This document shows positions 27,101 to 33,907 of a DNA stretch of 64,000 nt, in pieces. Within the stretch, counting starts at the first letter, position 1, and each line of letters opens with the position of its first letter. The position numbers were made by a program, and so were the translations under genes. The DNA comes from an uncultured Gammaproteobacteria bacterium (GTDB lineage: Bacteria > Patescibacteriota > Patescibacteriia > Patescibacteriales > UBA12465). Under the pieces are notes generated by a model. That model saw only the letters and a list, made by a program, of their open reading frames with translations, had not been told where the DNA came from and ran no database searches. The stretch is from assembly GCA_964500975.1 (NCBI GenBank), contig CAZCQW010000001.1:49750-113749 (forward strand), given 5' to 3'.

Positions 27101-27153
27101 CAATGTGTGGCTTCTGTGATTTTAATTCAATTTGCGAATTTAAACAGCGTTAG
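24142..27153 (+). pseudogene. UvrD/PcrA-type helicase fused to a C-terminal PD-(D/E)XK (RecB/AddA/Cas4-like, Cys-cluster) nuclease; contains an in-frame TAA
   Basis: The ATG at 24142 opens MKSELLAKLNKAQEAAVTHDKGPLLIVAGAGTGKTT..DEILL. TAA at 24316-24318 then interrupts it, and TFTEKAAGEMEER.. continues in the same frame. The C-terminus carries ..CPLQYKF.. and ..CGFCDFNSIC... Confidence 0.85.
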
Positions 27154-27167
27154 ATAAACTAAATTAT

Positions 27168-28187
27168 ATGGATACAAACGACCGATTAATTAGTCCGATT
27201 GAAAGACGTGGCGATGAGCAGCTTGATTTATCTTTGCGTCCAAAAACTTTGAAAGAATATATTGGACAAGAAAAAATAAAAGCTAATTTAGAGATTACTA
27301 TTGCCGCTGCTAAAAAAAGAAACGAACCAATTGAACACGTGTTATTATACGGTGCCCCAGGACTTGGTAAAACTACCTTAGCACATGTTATTGCTAATGA
27401 AATCGGGGCTAATATTAGAATTACTTCTGGCCCGGCAATTGAAAAAAGTGGTGATTTAGCCGCTATTTTAACTAATTTAGAAGCGGGTGATATTTTGTTT
27501 ATTGATGAAATTCATAGACTTCATAAAACAATTGAAGAAATTTTATATCCGGCCATGGAAGACTATGCACTTGATATTGTAATGGGCAAGGGGCCAAGTG
27601 CAAGAACTTTGCGTTTAGATTTGCCGAAATTTACAATTATCGGCGCAACTACTTTAGCGAGTTTATTGTCTGCACCGCTGCGTGACCGTTTTGGTATTAC
27701 TCATCATTTAAATTTTTATGAAACAGGGGATATTGAAATGATTATTAAGCGTAGCGCAAAAATTTTGGGAGTAGAAATTGAAGATGATGCAAAAAATGCA
27801 ATTGCCACTCGCAGTCGCCGCACACCACGTATTGCTAATCGTCTACTGAAACGCGTTCGTGATTATTGCGATGTTAAAGGGGATGGGAAAATTACTTTGA
27901 AAGATTGTTTAGAAGCATTTAATATGTTAGAAGTTGATGGACTAGGACTAGACTTAATTGATAGAAGAATTCTAGAGACAATTGCCAATAAATTCAAAGG
28001 CGGCCCGGTTGGTTTAAATACACTTGCTGCATCAACGGGCGAAGAAATGGATACGATTGAAAATATGTATGAACCATACTTGATGCAACTTGGCTTTCTA
28101 GATAGATCGCCACGTGGTCGTGTTATTACTCATTTAGGGTATGAACATTTAGGTTTAAAAGTTCCGGGCGTAGATAAGTTATTGTAA
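27168..28187 (+). CDS. ruvB: Holliday junction branch migration ATPase RuvB
   Basis: 339 aa, ..[30 protein letters not shown]... Confidence 0.95.
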   Translation: MDTNDRLISPIERRGDEQLDLSLRPKTLKEYIGQEKIKANLEITIAAAKKRNEPIEHVLLYGAPGLGKTTLAHVIANEIGANIRITSGPAIEKSGDLAAILTNLEAGDILFIDEIHRLHKTIEEILYPAMEDYALDIVMGKGPSARTLRLDLPKFTIIGATTLASLLSAPLRDRFGITHHLNFYETGDIEMIIKRSAKILGVEIEDDAKNAIATRSRRTPRIANRLLKRVRDYCDVKGDGKITLKDCLEAFNMLEVDGLGLDLIDRRILETIANKFKGGPVGLNTLAASTGEEMDTIENMYEPYLMQLGFLDRSPRGRVITHLGYEHLGLKVPGVDKLL

Positions 28188-28193
28188 ATATAA

Positions 28194-28790
28194 ATGAATT
28201 ATAAAATTGTAATCGGAATATTAGCCGCTGCAATTGGTTTTGTTGGCTATATACCATATTTTAGAGACATTTTTTTAAAAAAAACCAAGCCACATTTTTT
28301 TTCTTGGTTTATTTGGACGCTTATTAGCGGTATTGCTTTTCTTGCACAAATAGATGAAGGGTCGGGGTCTGGCGCCTGGGTTGTTGGCTCAAGCTCGATA
28401 ATATGCTTTTCAATTGGCGTATTAGCTTTATTTCAGGGAGAAAGAAAAATTACCTCATCGGATTGGATATCTTTATCTGGGGCTTTAATTGGTTTAATAT
28501 TATGGCAAGCAACACAAAACCCATTACTAGCAATTATTTTTGTAACCATTGCTGACGCTCTTGCATTTGTTCCATCTTTTAGGAAAGCCTATTATAAACC
28601 ATATGAAGAAACGGCTATAACCTGGTTAGTATCTTCTTTTAAATTTATTCTCGCTCTTATTGCGACTGAAACCTACAGTTTAACAACCGTGTTGTATCCG
28701 CTATCACTTGTTCTAACTAATGGAAGTTTTCTAGCCATGCTTTTAATTCGTCGCAAAATTTTGAGTAAAGTTCAGATTAAAGATGTTTAA
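28194..28790 (+). CDS. Integral membrane protein, unknown function
   Basis: 198 aa with about six hydrophobic helices. Confidence 0.55.
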   Translation: MNYKIVIGILAAAIGFVGYIPYFRDIFLKKTKPHFFSWFIWTLISGIAFLAQIDEGSGSGAWVVGSSSIICFSIGVLALFQGERKITSSDWISLSGALIGLILWQATQNPLLAIIFVTIADALAFVPSFRKAYYKPYEETAITWLVSSFKFILALIATETYSLTTVLYPLSLVLTNGSFLAMLLIRRKILSKVQIKDV

Positions 28791-28847
28791 TGGGTAGATA
28801 AATTATTATAAACAAATTAGTGATTTAAAAAGGTATTTTAAATCCAG

Positions 28848-28864
28848 GTTTTGCGAAGCAAAAC
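28848..28864. other. Small hairpin gttttgc-gaa-gcaaaac
   Basis: 7-bp perfect stem with a 3-nt loop, read directly from the sequence. Confidence 0.5.
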
Positions 28865-28887
28865 AAACATTGAAACATAGGGTATGA

Positions 28888-28933
28888 GCCATAGAGACTA
28901 TTTTTTAAGAATTTAAAAAATAGTCTCTATGGC
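28888..28933. repeat. Perfect 21-bp inverted repeat with a 4-nt spacer (gccatagagactattttttaa-gaat-ttaaaaaatagtctctatggc)
   Basis: The arms at 28888-28908 and 28913-28933 are exact reverse complements. The element ends 23 nt upstream of the queA start. Confidence 0.8.
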
Positions 28934-28956
28934 GAATCCAGTTTACATGGTTATAT

Positions 28957-30009
28957 ATGACAACGCTCGTCTCCGACTTTGATTACAATTTGCCACCTGA
29001 GCTAATTGCTCAAAAACCAGTCAGACCGCGAGACCATTCGCGGCTTTTGTTGTTGAATAAAAAAACAGGTGAAATAAATCATAAACATTTTTATGATATT
29101 GTTGATTATCTTAAAAAAGGCGACCTAATTGTTTTAAATAATTCAAAAGTTTTTCCGGCTCGTCTGCATGGTCACAAAAAAGAAACTGGCGGCGCAATAG
29201 AAATTTTTCTTCACAAGAAATTGTCTAAAAATACTTGGGAATGTTTGCTAAAAGGAAAAGTAAAGGAAGGCCTGGTTATAACTTTAACAAAGAATTTAGA
29301 AGCTGAAGTAAGTAAAAATAATAATAATGGAACTTGGCAGGTAACTTTTTGTTTAAGTGGTGAAAAATTTTGGTCAGCTATTAATAAAATTGGAGAAGTG
29401 CCTCTGCCGCCTTATATAAAGCGTGATACACAAAAAAATAGTGATAAAAATAATTATCAAACCGTGTTTGCGGCAAAGAATAAAATTGGTTCAGCTGCCG
29501 CCCCAACTGCTGGTCTCCATATGACTGCTAGCCTTTTAAAGAAAATTAAAGCTAAAGGCGTAAAAGTAGTAGAGCTTACGCTACATGTTGGCATGGGTAC
29601 ATTTGCTCCTATGAAAACAGAAAAAATATCCGACCATATTATGCATAGTGAGTTTGTCGAAATTAATGCGTCGACTTTAAAAGCCGTCTTAGCGGTTAAA
29701 AAAAATAATGGTAGGGTTATCCCGATTGGAACAACTAGTTGTCGTTCTTTAGAATCCGTTGATTGGAAAAAAATTGCAAATGATAAACAAGTAAAATTAG
29801 AATCGTTCTGGACAGATATTTTTATTCATCCGGGTTACAAGTTTAAAGTAGTTGACGCTCTAATTACAAATTTTCATTTACCAAAATCAACTCTATTAAT
29901 GCTTGTTAGTTCTTTGGCGGGCGAAAAAGAGATAAAGCGAGCCTATCAGGAGGCGGCTGAGAGTGGTTATCGCTTCTTTAGTTACGGCGATGCAATGTTT
30001 ATTTATTAA
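28957..30009 (+). CDS. queA: S-adenosylmethionine:tRNA ribosyltransferase-isomerase
   Basis: 350 aa, ..FDYNLPPELIAQKPVRPRDHSRLLLL... Confidence 0.9.
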   Translation: MTTLVSDFDYNLPPELIAQKPVRPRDHSRLLLLNKKTGEINHKHFYDIVDYLKKGDLIVLNNSKVFPARLHGHKKETGGAIEIFLHKKLSKNTWECLLKGKVKEGLVITLTKNLEAEVSKNNNNGTWQVTFCLSGEKFWSAINKIGEVPLPPYIKRDTQKNSDKNNYQTVFAAKNKIGSAAAPTAGLHMTASLLKKIKAKGVKVVELTLHVGMGTFAPMKTEKISDHIMHSEFVEINASTLKAVLAVKKNNGRVIPIGTTSCRSLESVDWKKIANDKQVKLESFWTDIFIHPGYKFKVVDALITNFHLPKSTLLMLVSSLAGEKEIKRAYQEAAESGYRFFSYGDAMFIY

Positions 30010-30029
30010 TATTAGCTAAAAAGAAGGAT

Positions 30030-30058
30030 TTGATTTTTTTGTTTTTTTCTGGTATACT
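30030..30058 (+). promoter_or_regulatory. Sigma70-like promoter (TTGATT - 17 nt - TATACT)
   Basis: Read directly from the sequence, upstream of lepB. Confidence 0.5.
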
Positions 30059-30125
30059 TTGGCATATTGTTACTACTATGCTTTATGATTTATTGCATAA
30101 TAGATTAGTAAAATTTTATTAAATT

Positions 30126-30695
30126 ATGAAAAAATTTTTTCTCTTTGTTTGGGAGATTCTCAAGGTTAGCTTAGTTTCGGCTGCTATTATTATTCCGATT
30201 AGATATTTTTTGATTCAACCATTTTTTGTTAAAGGTGCTTCAATGGAGCCAAATTTTCATGATCAGGAATATTTGATTATTGATGAGTTAAGTTATCGTT
30301 TGGGTAATCCAGTGCGTGGCCAAGTGATTGTTTTTCGCTATCCTCGAAACCCTCAGGAATATTTTATTAAAAGAGTAATTGGCTTGCCCGGAGAAGAAGT
30401 GCAGATCAAAGATGGTGTAGTGACAATTTTTAATAATGATCATCCTGAAGGATTCTCGCTTAATGAAAGTTATCTGCCATCCGACTTGTCTACTTATAAT
30501 CAAAGCGAGGAAAGAGTTGTGGTTGGTATAGATGAATATTTTGTTCTTGGTGATAATCGTAGCGCCTCAAAAGACTCAAGGTATTTTGGACCAGTCGATA
30601 AGAGTTTTATTATCGGCAAGGTGCTGTTTAGAGGTTGGCCTTTTAATAAAGTCGCTTTTTTTGGTCAATCTTATTGGCCTCAATATAATAATTAA
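30126..30695 (+). CDS. lepB: Signal peptidase I
   Basis: 189 aa with ..GASMEPNF.. (Ser box) and ..GDNRSASKDSRYFG... Confidence 0.9.
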   Translation: MKKFFLFVWEILKVSLVSAAIIIPIRYFLIQPFFVKGASMEPNFHDQEYLIIDELSYRLGNPVRGQVIVFRYPRNPQEYFIKRVIGLPGEEVQIKDGVVTIFNNDHPEGFSLNESYLPSDLSTYNQSEERVVVGIDEYFVLGDNRSASKDSRYFGPVDKSFIIGKVLFRGWPFNKVAFFGQSYWPQYNN

Positions 30696-30700
30696 TTCGT

Positions 30701-32086
30701 ATGCCTAGACATAAAAAAATAATACCAGAATCAAGCCCTAAAAAATCCGAAGGAAGTGAAAAGGTTACTCCGCGTCTTTTGGGAATGAAAGATATCGTTG
30801 GTTCTGAGCAGATTTGTCACGATTTTGTTGTCAATAAAGCTTTGAATTTGGCAAAACTCTATAGTTTCGCTTCCATTAAAACCCCTGTAATTGAGAGTTT
30901 TTCCCTCTTTAAAAAATCTTCTCGAAAAAATAATGATAAAGAATTCTATTTTGTTGAAGCGGAAAAAAGTGAAAAAATTATTTTACGTCCAGAATTGACA
31001 CAAGGAATTGTGAGAGCCTATATTGAAAATAATTTGGGTGAAAGTGGTTTGCCGGCTCGTCTTTTTTCATTGGGTTCTATTTTTCGACATGAAAAACTTC
31101 AATCTGGTCGCTACCGTGAATCTACTCAATTTGATTTAGAAATTATTGGAGAGAAAAAAGCGATGGCTGAGGCAATCTTAATCACAATTGCGCATAATTT
31201 TTTTGAAGAATTAAATATCGGGACACAACTTCAGATCAACAGCATCGGTTCGGCCGATTGTCGTAAAGAGTACGGCAATAAATTAACCGCTTTTTATAAA
31301 GAAAGAGGGCGTCGTTCAAAGTTATGTAATTCTTGCAAAAATAATTTAGGGAAAAATTGTTTAAGTTTATTAGATTGTAAAGAAGATGTTTGTATTAAAT
31401 TAAGAGAAGAGGCTCCACAAATAGCTGACTATTTATCAGATGAGAGTCGTGAACATTTTACAAAGACTTTAGAATTTTTAGACGAGTTAAATATCGCTTA
31501 TAACTTTAATCCTTATTTAGTGCGTGGTTTAAATTACTATAACGATACAATTTTTGAGTTCTGGCCAATGAATGAAGAGGGCGTGGCTCAAGGGAAAATT
31601 GCTCTTGGTGGCGGTGGTCGTTATGACTCTTTAGTCGAGGGTTTAGGAGGAAATTCCGTGCCTGCCGTTGGTTTGGCGCTTGGCATTGAAAGAACAGTAT
31701 CTCGCTTAAAAGATAAGCACCTTTTGACAAATCCAGAAGAAGAAGATATAGTATTTATTGCTCAGCTGGGCGACCAAGCAAAACTCAAAGCTTTACAGTT
31801 ATTTCAGGAATTAAGACGCGCTGGATTTAATGTTCGCCAGTCATTTGCCTCAGATAGTTTAAAAGTTCAACTTGAGGAAGCGATTGCGATGAAAGCTAAA
31901 ACTGCTTTAATTTTAGGGAAAAAAGAGATAATGGATGGAACTATTTTGATGAGAGAGATGGATTCAAGTGCTCAAGAAACCGTTGTTTATAAAAAAATTA
32001 AAGAGCGATTAGCTAAAAAAGATAAATTAGTCGAGAAAAGATTAAATAATAATAGAAAGGAAGGAGGGTTATATGGCGGATTTTAA
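30701..32086 (+). CDS. hisS: Histidine--tRNA ligase
   Basis: 461 aa with class II motifs and ..LVRGLNYYNDTIFEF..GGGGRYD... Confidence 0.9.
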   Translation: MPRHKKIIPESSPKKSEGSEKVTPRLLGMKDIVGSEQICHDFVVNKALNLAKLYSFASIKTPVIESFSLFKKSSRKNNDKEFYFVEAEKSEKIILRPELTQGIVRAYIENNLGESGLPARLFSLGSIFRHEKLQSGRYRESTQFDLEIIGEKKAMAEAILITIAHNFFEELNIGTQLQINSIGSADCRKEYGNKLTAFYKERGRRSKLCNSCKNNLGKNCLSLLDCKEDVCIKLREEAPQIADYLSDESREHFTKTLEFLDELNIAYNFNPYLVRGLNYYNDTIFEFWPMNEEGVAQGKIALGGGGRYDSLVEGLGGNSVPAVGLALGIERTVSRLKDKHLLTNPEEEDIVFIAQLGDQAKLKALQLFQELRRAGFNVRQSFASDSLKVQLEEAIAMKAKTALILGKKEIMDGTILMREMDSSAQETVVYKKIKERLAKKDKLVEKRLNNNRKEGGLYGGF

Positions 32087-32306
32087 AAGAAAGCCTGGAG
32101 AAAGTTTCGAAAGTTTCTTAAGAAAATTTAAGAAAGGCTTAAAAAATAGCAAAAAACTTGAAAAAGCTAGATCTAAACAGCATCTTGAATCGAAGCACAC
32201 AAAAAGGCTTCAGAAAAAGTATGCTTTAACTAGCTTAGCTTTAAGTAAGAAAAATGAACACTTAAGACGTATTGGCAAATTACCAGAAAGTACAATGAGA
32301 TCATAA
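32073..32306 (+). CDS. rpsU: 30S ribosomal protein S21
   Basis: 77-aa basic protein (..ESFESFLRKFKKGLKNSKKLEKARSKQHLESKHTKR..) with a strong SD (ggaaggaggg). Its start overlaps the hisS end. Confidence 0.7.
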   Translation: MADFKRKPGESFESFLRKFKKGLKNSKKLEKARSKQHLESKHTKRLQKKYALTSLALSKKNEHLRRIGKLPESTMRS

Positions 32307-32323
32307 TTAATGATTTGTAGATT

Positions 32324-32356
32324 TAAAAAATCCTCCTATTTTAGGAGGATTTTTTA
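32324..32356. terminator. Bidirectional rho-independent terminator (aaaaaa-atcctcct-atttt-aggaggat-ttttt)
   Basis: 8-bp perfect stem flanked by A and T runs. It overlaps the last codons of the minus-strand rel gene. Confidence 0.75.
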
Positions 32357-33813
32357 ATACCAGGAATAAAACGCTTAATTTTTTCAAAGCTTGATTTTTT
32401 CGCAAATTGCTTTATTCTATCACGGGCTCGCCTAGTTTTAGCAAACTTTAGCCAGTCTTTGTTTGGAAATTGACGATTTTTTTCGATAATGATTTGAACA
32501 AGGTCGCCGTTTTTTAATTCCTGGTCAAGTTTTCCTAATTTGTCATTAATAATAACGCCCGAAGCTTTGTTGCCAATATTGCTATGAACAGCATAGGCAA
32601 AGTCAATTGGGCTAGCTCCTTCAGGTAGCTCAAATACATCTCCTTTTGGAGAAAAAACAAAAATTCTGTCCCGGAAAATATCCATTTTAATATTTTTTAC
32701 AAGCTCGTTAGTGTTGGTAATTTCTTTTTGGATATCAATTATTTCTTTTACCCATTCCGGCGGTTGGTAGCTAGTATGACCCTTTTTTGATTTATAGTAC
32801 CAGTGAGCCGACAAACCATATATGGACTCTTCATGCATCTCTTGGGTTCTGATTTGAAATTCCGCTAACTTACCATCAGGCCCAAAGATGGTTGTATGAA
32901 GAGATCTATATCCGTTCGGTTTTGGCACTGCAATATAATCTTTGAAACGATTGGTTTTAGGTTTCCATAGAGTGTGGATTATACCCAAAACTTTGTAGCA
33001 ATCATTAACGCTAGCAACGATAATTCTTAAGCCGAAAACATCATATATTTCATCAAATTCCTTGTCTTTTTCTTGCATTTTTTTATAAATGCTATATAAG
33101 TGTTTAAAGCGTGCTTCGATATCATAGGAGGTGCCCATTTCTTCTAATTTTGGGATTAAGATATCTTTAATTTTTTTGAAAAATTGATTGCGCTCTACTT
33201 TTTTTTCAACTTCATATTTATATTCAATTTCGTGAAACTTATCGGGGTATAAATATTTAAAACAAATATCTTCCATCTGCCATTTTAAACGACCTATTCC
33301 AAGGAGACCTGCGATTGGCGCATAAATTTCTAAAGTTTCTTGAGCGATTCTTTTTTGTTTTTCTGGTGGCAAGCTTTCTAGGGTTCTTAAGTTGTGCAAG
33401 CGATCACAAAATTTAATAAAAATAACGCGCAAATCGCTCGTCATTGCTAAAAACATTCTTTTTAGGTTTTCTCTATAGCGCTCAATTCCGCGATATTTAA
33501 TTGTTCCAAGTTTTGTTACGCCGCTAACTAAGTTGCGAACATCATTTCCAAACAATGCCTCTATCTCATCTAAATTATGTTCGGTGTCTTCTGAGACATC
33601 ATGAAGAATCCCCGCTGTAACAGTTGCTAAATCAGCTTTAATTTCAGCTAGTATGTAGGCCGTATGTAATGGGTGCTGGATATACAATTCTCCGTCTTTT
33701 CTCATTTGGCCAGCGTGAGCCATTTCGGCAAAACGAAAAGCTCTTTCCAGTACAGAAATATCTTCGCCAGGATTGTTCTCTGAGAATTTTTTTATTATCC
33801 TTTCTATCGTCAT
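32341..33813 (-). CDS. rel: RelA/SpoT-homolog (p)ppGpp hydrolase/synthetase, short form (HD + synthetase + TGS; no long C-terminal regulatory region)
   Basis: 490 aa with an HD motif (..HPLHTA..ILHDVSEDT..), a RelA_SpoT synthetase region (..YRSLHTTI..) and a TGS-like end (..VFSPKGDVFELPEGASPIDFAY..). Confidence 0.85.
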   Translation of the reverse strand: MTIERIIKKFSENNPGEDISVLERAFRFAEMAHAGQMRKDGELYIQHPLHTAYILAEIKADLATVTAGILHDVSEDTEHNLDEIEALFGNDVRNLVSGVTKLGTIKYRGIERYRENLKRMFLAMTSDLRVIFIKFCDRLHNLRTLESLPPEKQKRIAQETLEIYAPIAGLLGIGRLKWQMEDICFKYLYPDKFHEIEYKYEVEKKVERNQFFKKIKDILIPKLEEMGTSYDIEARFKHLYSIYKKMQEKDKEFDEIYDVFGLRIIVASVNDCYKVLGIIHTLWKPKTNRFKDYIAVPKPNGYRSLHTTIFGPDGKLAEFQIRTQEMHEESIYGLSAHWYYKSKKGHTSYQPPEWVKEIIDIQKEITNTNELVKNIKMDIFRDRIFVFSPKGDVFELPEGASPIDFAYAVHSNIGNKASGVIINDKLGKLDQELKNGDLVQIIIEKNRQFPNKDWLKFAKTRRARDRIKQFAKKSSFEKIKRFIPGIKKSS

Positions 33814-33840
33814 AAAACTGTTTTTCTTTTTTTATCTTTA

Positions 33841-33849
33841 TGTTATAAT
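33841..33849 (+). promoter_or_regulatory. Extended -10 element (TGT-TATAAT) upstream of the giant-protein operon
   Basis: Read directly from the sequence. The -35 region is poor (tttttc). Confidence 0.35.
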
Positions 33850-33907
33850 TAAGGTAAATAAAGTATATCAAAATAGTCAATAATTATAAAGTTTTTAATC
33901 TTTTAGC

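Noticed and set aside
28791-28956. preQ1 riboswitch upstream of queA
   Set aside because: The sequence does not resemble the short preQ1-I/II aptamers (small hairpin plus A-rich tail with conserved C/U positions). In addition, queA is not a typical preQ1-regulated gene.
30288-33880. ORFs 30288-30503 (-), 31506-31730 (-) and 33644-33880 (-)
   Set aside because: They are antisense to, or overlap out of frame with, lepB, hisS and rel and its promoter region. No independent support.
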